Under the pieces are notes generated by a model that ran no database searches, had not been told where the DNA came from, and saw only the letters and a list, made by a program, of their open reading frames with translations. 23,013 nt of DNA from Armatimonadota bacterium (GTDB lineage Bacteria > Armatimonadota > Zipacnadia > Zipacnadales > UBA5352): positions 1-23,013 of the forward strand of contig JAYENL010000258.1 of the NCBI GenBank assembly GCA_034722055.1, read 5' to 3'. The position numbers and the translations under genes are program-made. Below, one piece after another: positions 7,860 to 16,207 of the stretch (positions are counted from its first letter, which is position 1; each line of letters opens with the position of its first letter).

Positions 7860-8725
7860 CACTGCTTTAAGGGACCACTATCTCCCTGTTCTCTGCACCA
7901 CCCATCTGCAAGCTCTACCAGTGGGCTATCATCGGGGAATACCTTCAAGCCCTCAACTTGCGGTCCCAGCCGATCCGTTGCTCTGTAGAGGCTCCCCTGA
8001 ATACGCTGGAAGAACTCGTAGCTCAGGTCCTCGTCGGTGAAAGCCCGGTAGACGTTGTAGGCGCAAAGGTCGGCCAATTGCACTCCATTTGAAAGCTCAC
8101 TGGCAACGAACATTGGCAGTTCCACGATGTGTCCCATCCGCGAGTCTGATGAGGTCCCCTCGCGCTGGAAGTAGCTATGCTTCATAGCCAGAGAGATGTT
8201 CATCTGTCTGCTCGTGTCGTCCAGCACCATCAGCGCCCTGTGGCGGCCATGCTCCTTGCTCATGAACCACTCAACACGCTCTATCAGCAACTCATACGCC
8301 TTACGATGAAGCTTCTCTTGATCCATGAAATCGTGGAGGTATCGCTTGTCCACTACAACAGCGAATATGCGCATCGCATGGTAGGCCAACTGCTCGTAGT
8401 ACGCATTCACCAGTTGCTCTAGTTCGTCCTCCGTGAGATGTCCTAGAAACGGATGTTGTTCGCGCTCGCTCGGGATCCGGACGGAAACAGACTTGATTTC
8501 GCAGTCACAGAGCTCCAGACGAACACGAGTACGTCGTCGGACTCGCTCCGCTAGGCGGAGCTTGAGACCGTTGAGATAAGCCTCAAACTTGAACCAGTTC
8601 ATCTCGTACAAGCTCACGCCAACGAGAGCATAGATGTGCGGCACGGAGAACTGAGTGCCATCCGGGCGCGTGCCCTTGGTCGCGGGATCACGCGTGCCGC
8701 TCTCGTCGACGTAGACGAAGTACAT
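7859..8725 (-). CDS. DUF3800 domain-containing protein (predicted RNase H-like fold)
   Basis: N-terminal YFVYVDESG, CEIK, MVLDD and C-terminal SNGVQLADLCAY, the typical DUF3800 motifs. Start placed at ATG 8725 because GGAGG directly abuts ATG 8731 but lies 6 nt before 8725. Confidence 0.88.
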   Translation of the reverse strand: MYFVYVDESGTRDPATKGTRPDGTQFSVPHIYALVGVSLYEMNWFKFEAYLNGLKLRLAERVRRRTRVRLELCDCEIKSVSVRIPSEREQHPFLGHLTEDELEQLVNAYYEQLAYHAMRIFAVVVDKRYLHDFMDQEKLHRKAYELLIERVEWFMSKEHGRHRALMVLDDTSRQMNISLAMKHSYFQREGTSSDSRMGHIVELPMFVASELSNGVQLADLCAYNVYRAFTDEDLSYEFFQRIQGSLYRATDRLGPQVEGLKVFPDDSPLVELADGWCREQGDSGPLKQ

Positions 8726-8782
8726 CGACATCCTCCGAGAAGTGGTGTTCTGTGACGGACTCTGGCAAGCAGTGTTGGCTGT

Positions 8783-8803
8783 TCACTGCAGCGGCAGGCT
8801 GTC
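8783..8803. repeat. Direct repeat copy 2 (last six codons + stop of ruvB)
   Basis: TCACTGCAGCGGCAGGCTGTC, encoding DSLPLQ* on the - strand; copy 1 would encode DTLPLQ*. Confidence 0.92.
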
Positions 8804-9844
8804 CTGGGCGCTGGGGGGCTCGGGGGCCTCGCCGGAGATGCCCAGGTGATCGTAGGCCCGGTCTGTGGCCATGCGCCCGCGCGGGGTGCGGATGACGAAG
8901 CCGATCTTGAGCAGATAGGGCTCCACCACGTCCTCGAGCGTGTCCTGCTCCTCGGCGAGAGTCGCCGCCAGGGCGTTCGCGCCCGCGGGCCCGCCCTGGT
9001 AGTAGTCGATCAGCGCCCGCAGGTACTTGCGGTCCAGGTCGTCGAGGCCCTGCTCGTCCACGCCCAGCGCCTCCAGGGCCTCGCAGGCGATCTCCTCGGT
9101 GATCTCGCCGTCGGCCATGATCTGGGCGTAGTCGCGGACGCGCCGCAGCAGGCGGTTGACGACCCGCGCCGTGCCGCGGGAGCGCCGGGCGATCTGCCCC
9201 GCGCCGCCCTCCGACAGCTCCACCTCCAGGATGCGCGCCGAGCGGCGCACGATCTGCTGAAGCTGCTCGGGGCTATAGAAGTCGAGGTGATAGAAGATGC
9301 CGAAGCGGTTGCGCAGCGGCGGGGTCAGCAGGCCCGCCCGGGTGGTTGCGCCCACCAGCGTGAAGGCGTTCAGCTCCAGGGGGATGGTCTTGGCGTAGGG
9401 GCCGCTGTCCACCACGAAGTCGATGCGGAAGTCCTCCATCGCCGAGTAGAGGTACTCCTCCACCACCCGCGGCAGGCGGTGGATCTCGTCGATGAACATG
9501 ATGTCGCCGCGGTCGATGTTCGTCAGGATCCCCACCAGGTCCGAGGCCCGCTCCAGCGCCGGCCCGGAGTGCTGGTGTATCTCCCCGCCCATCTCGTTGG
9601 CGATAATGTACGCCAGGGTGGTCTTGCCCAGGCCCGGGGGGCCGTCCAGCAGCACGTGGTCGAGCACGTCGCCGCGCTGGCGGGCTGCGGCGATTGCCAC
9701 TCGCAGGCCCTCGATGACCCGCTCCTGGCCCACGTCGTACTCATCGAGGGTCCGGGGCCGCAGGGCCGCCATGGAGGCCCGCTCCTGGTCCTCGGCGTCC
9801 CCCGCCACCAGCCGCCGTCGCGCGTCCATGCTCTCCTCGGCCAC
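8783..9844 (-). CDS. ruvB: Holliday junction branch migration DNA helicase RuvB
   Basis: [44 protein letters not shown] and EPYLL...RTPRGR. Start uncertain (GTG 9859, GTG 9844 with GAGGA RBS, or ATG 9829). Confidence 0.98.
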   Translation of the reverse strand: MAEESMDARRRLVAGDAEDQERASMAALRPRTLDEYDVGQERVIEGLRVAIAAARQRGDVLDHVLLDGPPGLGKTTLAYIIANEMGGEIHQHSGPALERASDLVGILTNIDRGDIMFIDEIHRLPRVVEEYLYSAMEDFRIDFVVDSGPYAKTIPLELNAFTLVGATTRAGLLTPPLRNRFGIFYHLDFYSPEQLQQIVRRSARILEVELSEGGAGQIARRSRGTARVVNRLLRRVRDYAQIMADGEITEEIACEALEALGVDEQGLDDLDRKYLRALIDYYQGGPAGANALAATLAEEQDTLEDVVEPYLLKIGFVIRTPRGRMATDRAYDHLGISGEAPEPPSAQDSLPLQ

Positions 9845-9855
9845 GTGCGGTGTCC

Positions 9856-10467
9856 TCACTTCCTGCGGAAGACGGCCCGGACCAGCTCATCCACCTCGTC
9901 GATCTCCGGCTCGGCGTCCCGGACGGCCTGGACGCGCTTCAGAGCCTCCGACTGCGACAGCCCGAGCTGGGTGAGGATCGCCAGCGCCTCCGCTGTCAGC
10001 TCGTCGGCCGGGCCCCGCTCGGGCAGCTCCTCGTCGGCCGCCAGGTAGGGCCCCATGCTCTCCTGCAGCTTGCTGATCATGTCCCTGGCCCGCTGCTTGC
10101 CCACGCCCGGGAGTCGCTTCAACGCGGACTCGTCCCCCACAGAGATGGCCTTGGCGATGGTGGAGATGGGCAGCGCCATGGCCTTGCAGGCGCCCACTGG
10201 CCCGAGCTGGGGAACCGTCAGCAGCTCCTCGAAGAAGCTGCGTTCCAGCTTGGACTCGAAGCCCACCAGCATGGGGGTGCCGCTGCCGGCTGCGCCGCCG
10301 CGCTCGGTGTGGTAGGTATGGATGGTGACCTGTGCCCCCGCGCCCTTCCGCCGCAGGCGATCCGCGAAGGGGGGCGAGACGTTCACCTCGTAGCCGATGC
10401 CGGCCACGTCCACGATGGCGCTGTCCTCGTCCACGGAGACGAGCTCGCCGCGCAGGTATCGGATCAC
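9856..10467 (-). CDS. ruvA: Holliday junction branch migration protein RuvA
   Basis: [18 protein letters not shown], HhH motifs LLTVPQLGP and [13 protein letters not shown]-terminal [10 protein letters not shown]. Located between ruvC and ruvB. Confidence 0.95.
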   Translation of the reverse strand: MIRYLRGELVSVDEDSAIVDVAGIGYEVNVSPPFADRLRRKGAGAQVTIHTYHTERGGAAGSGTPMLVGFESKLERSFFEELLTVPQLGPVGACKAMALPISTIAKAISVGDESALKRLPGVGKQRARDMISKLQESMGPYLAADEELPERGPADELTAEALAILTQLGLSQSEALKRVQAVRDAEPEIDEVDELVRAVFRRK

Positions 10468-11027
10468 GCCTCGTCACCCCTGGCCCGTGCGATGGCCTCG
10501 GCGACAGCCGGGGGCAGCTCGCCTGCCCGCCGGCGGCCGCGAGCAACGGGGCTGCGGCGGGCCGGCGCGGCGTGGCACAGCGCCAGCGCCAGGGCGTCGG
10601 AGACGTGGTCGGGACCGGGCGCCTCCGCCAGCTTCAGCGTCTGCATCACCATCCGCCGCACCTGGTCCTTGGAGGCGCGACCGTTGCCGGTCAGTGCCTT
10701 CTTCACCAGCGACGCCGGGTAGCTCTCCACCTTCACGGCCCGCTCTCCGGCCGCCAGCATCACCACGCCCCGGGCGTGGCCCATCATGATGGCGGTGCGG
10801 GGATGGGGGTACTCGGCGTAGAGGTCCTCCACCACCACGAGATCCACGTCGAACTCGTCAATGATGGCGACGGTGGCATCGTGGATGCGCTGCAGGCGGG
10901 CGGGAAGCTCCTCGTCGGCCGCGGTGGTGATCACGCCCCCCTCGATGATGCGGCAGACACCCTCCCGGGCGTCGATAATGCCGTAGCCGGTGTCTGCCAG
11001 TCCGGTGTCGACTCCGAGGATTCGCAT
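10464..11027 (-). CDS. ruvC: Crossover junction endodeoxyribonuclease RuvC
   Basis: RILGVDTG, VVVED, GHARGV, VKKALTGNGRASKDQV and DHVSDALALALCH. Confidence 0.97.
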   Translation of the reverse strand: MRILGVDTGLADTGYGIIDAREGVCRIIEGGVITTAADEELPARLQRIHDATVAIIDEFDVDLVVVEDLYAEYPHPRTAIMMGHARGVVMLAAGERAVKVESYPASLVKKALTGNGRASKDQVRRMVMQTLKLAEAPGPDHVSDALALALCHAAPARRSPVARGRRRAGELPPAVAEAIARARGDEA

Positions 11028-11047
11028 TCCATGAAGCTCCTCGGGCG

Positions 11048-11077
11048 ATTATAGCACGCCCCAAGGAGGGGTGTAAA
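11048..11077 (-). promoter_or_regulatory. Putative sigma70 promoter of ruvCAB (extended -10)
   Basis: On the - strand: TTTACA (11077-11072), 18-bp spacer, TATAAT (11053-11048) preceded by TGC (TGnTATAAT), followed by GAGGAG RBS and ATG 11027. Confidence 0.8.
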
Positions 11078-11212
11078 GCTGGCGCGGCCCGGTCCTGCGT
11101 CAGGCCTGGCCGCGCGGCATGCAGGCGGCAGGGAACGGTGGGGTGCGCGGCGAAGGACTTCGTGCCAAGCGGCACGATCACCATCCTCATCACCGCCAGT
11201 AGGAGATGGCAT

Positions 11213-11602
11213 ATGAAGGTCGATGTCACCAACAGCGGGTCGGACTACCACGCTCTCGCCGCGAGTGGCCGCAGAACAAGCATCGTTATCGGCGAGCACA
11301 GGCCCGATGATGACGACAGCATGAACCCATCTGAGCTGTTACTCAGCTCGGTGGGGATGTGCATCGCGCTGATGTTGCGGAATTACTGTGAGAGCCGCGA
11401 TCTCGACTGCGGCGAGATCGCCGTGCGCCTGGAGGCGGACTGGAACGCGGACGAGCTCAAGTGGGACAACCTGCCAGCAGTCGTTGAGGTCCCCGGTGAG
11501 TGGGACGAACGGCGCAAGACGGCCTTCCTGAGGGTGGCTGAGACCTGTCCCGTGCATCATACTCTCGTGGCGTCCGAGGGCATGGATATCGAGGTCTCGT
11601 AG
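11213..11602 (+). CDS. OsmC/Ohr (YhfA-like) family protein
   Basis: MNPSELLLSSVGMC and AETCPVHHTL (two conserved Cys), 129 aa, AGGAG RBS before ATG 11213. Confidence 0.88.
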   Translation: MKVDVTNSGSDYHALAASGRRTSIVIGEHRPDDDDSMNPSELLLSSVGMCIALMLRNYCESRDLDCGEIAVRLEADWNADELKWDNLPAVVEVPGEWDERRKTAFLRVAETCPVHHTLVASEGMDIEVS

Positions 11603-11615
11603 GCCGTCGTCCCAC

Positions 11616-11669
11616 ACGGTGCAGCAGACAATCGCCGACCGCAGCGGCGTGACCATCGACTTCGTCTGA
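11616..11669 (+). pseudogene. Relic 3' fragment of a second OsmC-like gene
   Basis: Translates as TVQQTIADRSGVTIDFV*, aligning without gaps and stop-to-stop with the upstream gene's PVHHTLVASEGMDIEVS*. Confidence 0.5.
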
Positions 11670-11698
11670 GGGTCGCTCGCTGAGGTCCGGGAGGCCTG

Positions 11699-11728
11699 GA
11701 GGGCCGCCACCGGCCGGTGGCGGCCCTC
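11699..11728. repeat. Perfect 30-bp palindrome
   Basis: GAGGGCCGCCACCGGCCGGTGGCGGCCCTC equals its own reverse complement. Confidence 0.9.
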
Positions 11729-11841
11729 AGCGCGCTCCGCATTCGGCGTGCAGGGACGCGAGGCGCCGATGACGAAGCTCTGGCACGCGACCCAGGCAGG
11801 CCTCTGCCGATTCGGCCGAGTCCGGCGAGGAGTGATGGCGC

Positions 11842-14481
11842 ATGCGAGCCATGACCGTGGCGGGGCTGGCATTGATGACGTTGATGGCGTTGATCCTGTG
11901 CACGATGACAGGCGCCGAGGAGCTGGAGCTGCTGCTTCAGGACGGCCCGGAGGGCTACGCGGGCACCGAGGACTTCATGATGTACCAGCCGTCCTCGGTG
12001 GCGAATGTCAACTACGGCCAGTCCGGCAGCCTCAGCGCCGGCATCAACCGCTGGAACGAGCGCCTGGCCTCCATCGTGCGCTTCGACCTGAGCGGCATTC
12101 CTCGCACCGTGGAGGTGCGCACCGCGCGCCTGATGCTGCACGCTCGGCCCGGAGGCTACCCCTTCCGCGAGGTCACCGTGACCGTCCGCGAGCTGACGCC
12201 GGCGAACGCGGAGTGGGTGGAGGGCGCGGGCGATGGCACGCGGGTGCCCACGCCGGGGGCGCCCTGCTGGAGCTGGCGCCGTTACGACACCGACCGCTGG
12301 GCTGGCGAGCCGGGCGCGGCGGAGGCCGGCGTGGACTTCTCCACCGACTGGTCGGCCGAGGCCGCGGTGCCCGAGGGTGGCGATGCCGAGGCCGTGTTCG
12401 AGCTGCCCGCCGAGCTCGTCCAGCGCTGGATCGATCACCCGGGCGCCAATGCCGGGCTGCGCCTGTGGCCGGAGATGGCGGCGGAGAAGGGCGACGTGGC
12501 CGTCTTCTTCAGCGCCGAGGCGGAGGACCGGGAGGTCCGGCCCGCGCTTGAGCTGGTGCTGGAGGCGGACGAGGCTGCGGTGGCGACTATGAACCGCAAT
12601 CGCGCCCGTCGGGTGCTGGAGACGGCCGCCGCGGAGCTGGACGCCGCCGAGGCGATGCGCCGCTGGGGGCCGCCGGAGACCGTCGCCCGTCGCCTGAGGC
12701 AGCTTGGGGATGCGCTGGCTAAGACGCGACGGGCGCTGCTGACCGGAATCATTCCGGCCGACATCGTCGCGCGCGCTGAGGAGCGACTGCAGCGCCAGCG
12801 GGCGGCGCTCGACGCCCTCAGGCGCCGGCTGCCGCTGGAGCGCGCCCGCGAGTGGGTCGCCGGCAGTGGCGGGCCGGAGGCCTTCGCGGTGGGCGTGCAG
12901 CATCCCACCGTGAAGGTCTTCCGGGAGGCCGGGCTCTTCGAGGGCGACTTCGCGGACGAGGCCACCGTGCGCCTGGCGCGCAACGAGCACGAGGCGGTGC
13001 AGGTGGCGGTGATAGCCCTCGGCCGGGACCTGGAGGGCGTGACCTGGGAGGTGCGCGGGCTGGACGGCGTGGGGCTGGAGGTCTCCGTGGCGCCGGTCGG
13101 CTACGTGCGGGAGAACCAGCCGGCCTACGCCAGCGTGCGGCGCGCCACCGTGTGGTGGCCCGATCCCATCTTGGACTACCTGATGGAGATCGATGAGGTG
13201 CCGCGCGGCGAGGTCAGGCCGCTGTGGGTGGATGTGCACGCCGGCGCTGAGGCTCGGCCGGGGCTGCATCAGGGCGAGCTGATCGTGCGCGCGGCCGGCG
13301 CTGAGCGGAGGATGCGGCTCCGGGTCGAGGTCTTCGACTTCGCCCTCCCGGTGCAGCAGCACCTCAAGACCATCTGGGGGATGAGCGAGGGCAACTTCGG
13401 CAAGCTCTACCAGGGCCGCTACGACGACGACTTCGCGTGGCAGTACTTCGACATGTTCCTGGAGCATCGCATCTCGCCCGCGAACCTCTACCGGACCATG
13501 CCCACCGGCGAGGAGGGCGAGGACTCCATCTACCACCTCGCCTCCGCGGAGGCCCTGCGGCGCCTCAAGCAGCGGGGCTCGGGCTGGTGGAACATCGGGT
13601 ATGTGCTGGCGCCACGGCACGCGCTGAGTCGCGAGCCGTGGGAGGGCATGGAGTACGAGGAGTACCTGCAGGACTATGTTCAGATGCTGCGGCCGGAGGT
13701 GGAGCGCGTCCGGGAGGCCGAGTGGCCGGAGGATAGGGTGGGGCTCTACTTCCTGGACGAGACCAGCGACTTCGAGGCCCTGGGGCGCGCCGCGGAGGTC
13801 ATGAAGGGGGCCTTCCCGGAGATCCCGCTGATGACCACCGGCTACGATCGCAGCTACGGGCTGGAGGACACGCCGGTGTCGCGGCATCTCGACATCTGGG
13901 TGCCGCTGACGCCCCGCTATCACGAGGACCGCGAGAAGATCGTGCAGGGCCGGGAGCTGGGCAAGCAGGTCTGGTGGTACATCTGCGTCGGCCCCCGCAA
14001 CCCCACGGCGTTGAACTGGTTCGTGGAGTTCCCGGCCATCCGGGCGCGGCTGTTGATGGGCGCGGCCTCGCGCAGATACCGGGTGGACGGCTTCCTCTAC
14101 TACCGGGTGGCGGGCTGGGCCTCCAACGACGCCCCCATCACAGGCGGGCCGATCACCGACTGGAACCCCGTCTACCGCGACTCGCTGCCGGATGGCGATG
14201 GTCAGATCATCTGCGCCGGGCCCGACGGGCCGCTGAGCACCGTGCGCTTCGAGAACATCCGCGACGGCATCGAGGATTACGAGTACTGGTGGCTGCTGGA
14301 TGAGCTCGTCGCGAACGCTGAGGGCGTGTCGGGGGAGCTGCTGGACGAGGCGCGCGCTCACCAGGAGGTGCCGGACGGGCTCCTGACCTCGGTGCACGAG
14401 TATTCCGAGGACCCGGAGGTGCTGGCCCGGACACGTCTGGACCTGGCGCGCACCATCGAGCACCTCCGGGCGGCCCAGTGA
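11842..14481 (+). CDS. Secreted multidomain protein: DNRLRE-like N-terminal beta domain + DUF4091/GH123-like glycoside hydrolase region
   Basis: Signal peptide (MRAMTVAGLALMTLMALILCTMTGA), then LQDGPEGYAG...SIVRFDLS...RPALEL. Later motifs are LARNEHEAVQV, WWPDPI, YFLDE, VWWYIC, GFLYY, GDGQII and STVRFENIRDGIEDYEY. GAGGAG RBS. Confidence 0.75.
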   Translation: MRAMTVAGLALMTLMALILCTMTGAEELELLLQDGPEGYAGTEDFMMYQPSSVANVNYGQSGSLSAGINRWNERLASIVRFDLSGIPRTVEVRTARLMLHARPGGYPFREVTVTVRELTPANAEWVEGAGDGTRVPTPGAPCWSWRRYDTDRWAGEPGAAEAGVDFSTDWSAEAAVPEGGDAEAVFELPAELVQRWIDHPGANAGLRLWPEMAAEKGDVAVFFSAEAEDREVRPALELVLEADEAAVATMNRNRARRVLETAAAELDAAEAMRRWGPPETVARRLRQLGDALAKTRRALLTGIIPADIVARAEERLQRQRAALDALRRRLPLERAREWVAGSGGPEAFAVGVQHPTVKVFREAGLFEGDFADEATVRLARNEHEAVQVAVIALGRDLEGVTWEVRGLDGVGLEVSVAPVGYVRENQPAYASVRRATVWWPDPILDYLMEIDEVPRGEVRPLWVDVHAGAEARPGLHQGELIVRAAGAERRMRLRVEVFDFALPVQQHLKTIWGMSEGNFGKLYQGRYDDDFAWQYFDMFLEHRISPANLYRTMPTGEEGEDSIYHLASAEALRRLKQRGSGWWNIGYVLAPRHALSREPWEGMEYEEYLQDYVQMLRPEVERVREAEWPEDRVGLYFLDETSDFEALGRAAEVMKGAFPEIPLMTTGYDRSYGLEDTPVSRHLDIWVPLTPRYHEDREKIVQGRELGKQVWWYICVGPRNPTALNWFVEFPAIRARLLMGAASRRYRVDGFLYYRVAGWASNDAPITGGPITDWNPVYRDSLPDGDGQIICAGPDGPLSTVRFENIRDGIEDYEYWWLLDELVANAEGVSGELLDEARAHQEVPDGLLTSVHEYSEDPEVLARTRLDLARTIEHLRAAQ

Positions 14482-14587
14482 CCTGCGCGGGAGACCGCCA
14501 CAGCGGCTTCGGCGGAGGCGCCCAGCGTGGAGCGCGCCCCGGTGCGTGTTCGTGATGGTGCCTGGCGGGCGAGTGGAGGACGAAGCC

Positions 14588-16111
14588 GTGGACCTGGAGC
14601 AGCGCAGCCTCGCCGAATGGTTCGTGGCGGCGCTACTGCACGACATCGGGAAGCTCCAGCTTGGCGAGCATGGCGGCTGGGGCGGGCACGAGCGGCTGGA
14701 GGGCCGGCTGCGCGCCGCCCTCGATGAGCCCTACCCGAGCCTCATCGCCGAACACCACTCCAGCATCCGCAGCGGCAAGCCTCGCAGGCGCGTGCTGGCG
14801 CTGGCGGACCGCACGCAGAAGAGCATCCAGAGCGAGGGCGTCCCGCTGGAGCTTGACCTGCGCTACCAGGAGGAGCTGAGGGCCGCCTGGCCGCCGTGGG
14901 GGCTCCCATACTACGGCGAGCCGGAGAGATGGAGCCCGGAGAGGGCGCTGCAGCTCAGGGAGCGGGTCGCCCGAACGCTGCGGGCGGAGCAGCCTGCCGG
15001 GGTCGGGACTGCCCTGCGCGCGAACGAGCAGTTGAGCAGCTACCCGCAGGCGAACTACCTGCCGCACCTGAGTCTGGCACTGCACAACCGGCTGACGGGG
15101 GCGCTGTTCGCCCTCATCTGGCGCTTCCTGGAGGCCCACCGCTTCCGCGACAACCCCATCGCCTTCCTGTCCGACTTCCGCGAGCAGTTCGAGCTCTCGC
15201 TGGCGGTCCTGACGCCCGAGCCCCCGGAGGCGGTGGACGGAGCGGCTGCCGGGCAGGGGGCGCATGCGCTTGCCGAGGGGCTGCGCCGGTACCTGTTTGA
15301 GACGCTGAGCGGCGAGCTGCCGGAGGGGATCTCGCCAACCCTGTCGCTCGATGCACATCCCTTCGAGTTGTATCGCGGGGATGCCGTGGCCTGGGTCTGG
15401 GATGACGCTGACCGAGTCCTTGGGGCGGCTGAGCGATTCCTGGAACGTGACGCGTCCTGCAGCGACGGCACGATCATACGCGCCGATGTGACGCGCCTGT
15501 CGCGTATCAACCCCCGCGGCGGGCCGGGGGCCCGCGCCAGCGCCCGTCACATGCACGTGCGGCTGCCGCGCGAGATGTCCGGACGGAGGGGCTCGAGCGC
15601 ATCGTCGGACGGGAGTGCGCTCGGCCTCAGGGAGGCGGAGGTCCACGACGTGCCCGCCGGTGGGCAGATCGCCCGGGTCCTCGTGGAGCTGCCGGGTGAC
15701 CTGCGATCGGCCGCGCTGGATACGGGCGCCCGCCTGCTGGACAAATACAAGCGCCTGTGCTCTGCGGATGCGGACAGCGACGTAAACCTCTCCGGGGTCC
15801 CCCTCAGCACGACGCCCTACGGCCTGTTCGAGCATCTGCAGGCCCTCGACGCCGTGGCGCAGTTCCAGGCTGACCTGCGAGCGGCCGTCGATGAGGTGAA
15901 CGAGGGCGCAGGGGAGACGGTGGCCGCGGTGGCGCTGGCCCAGCCGACGCGGACCGTGGTGGTCGCCCGGGAGGCCGCCTACCGGGGAGGGCTCGCTGAG
16001 ACGCTGCGGGAGCTGCGCCGATCGCTGCAGCTCCCCACCTCAGAGCGGGTTCTGTTCAGCGGGGAAGGGCCCCCACCGCGGTCGCCGCTGCCGGGGACTC
16101 CGGGACAATGA
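14588..16111 (+). CDS. HD-domain protein resembling the N-terminal part of Cas10/Csm1 (stand-alone, degenerate)
   Basis: AALLHDIGK, LIAEHH, VLALADR and YP..YLPHLSLALHNRLTGAL. No GGDD motif. GTG 14588 has a GGAGGA RBS (ORF open from 14546). Confidence 0.6.
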   Translation: MDLEQRSLAEWFVAALLHDIGKLQLGEHGGWGGHERLEGRLRAALDEPYPSLIAEHHSSIRSGKPRRRVLALADRTQKSIQSEGVPLELDLRYQEELRAAWPPWGLPYYGEPERWSPERALQLRERVARTLRAEQPAGVGTALRANEQLSSYPQANYLPHLSLALHNRLTGALFALIWRFLEAHRFRDNPIAFLSDFREQFELSLAVLTPEPPEAVDGAAAGQGAHALAEGLRRYLFETLSGELPEGISPTLSLDAHPFELYRGDAVAWVWDDADRVLGAAERFLERDASCSDGTIIRADVTRLSRINPRGGPGARASARHMHVRLPREMSGRRGSSASSDGSALGLREAEVHDVPAGGQIARVLVELPGDLRSAALDTGARLLDKYKRLCSADADSDVNLSGVPLSTTPYGLFEHLQALDAVAQFQADLRAAVDEVNEGAGETVAAVALAQPTRTVVVAREAAYRGGLAETLRELRRSLQLPTSERVLFSGEGPPPRSPLPGTPGQ

Positions 16112-16207
16112 TAGTGGGCGAGGTCCTGATGGGCTGAGGGCGAAGGCATACGGACGTGAGGCGTTTGAGCCAAGGACTGTGATTGACGCGAGAGCGGAGG
16201 GATGGCG

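Larger units (their letters stand above)
7696..8803. mobile_element. Small inserted islet (DUF3800 gene + putative ncRNA) at the ruvB 3' end, bounded by 21-bp direct repeats
   Basis: Flanking direct repeats, visibly lower GC and different codon usage than neighbours, and it interrupts an otherwise tight ruvB to MBL-hydrolase junction. No integrase or recognisable transposase is present. Confidence 0.75.

Noticed and set aside
7806..8040. Short + strand ORFs downstream of the 7756-7784 promoter
   Set aside because: No RBS, they start inside the paired region, overlap DUF3800 antisense and show no recognisable features. An RNA product is more plausible.
11028..11212. LexA/SOS box upstream of ruvC
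   Set aside because: No match to the LexA motifs I know (CTGT-N8-ACAG, GAAC-N4-GTTC) was seen.
11557..14646. 1029-aa ORF on the - strand
   Set aside because: Antisense shadow of the 879-aa + strand gene. High GC suppresses stops and the translation has no protein-like motifs.
14482..16207. CRISPR array or cas operon around the Cas10-like gene
   Set aside because: No regularly spaced repeats and no Cas5/6/7/Csm/Cmr-like ORFs are visible in the window.
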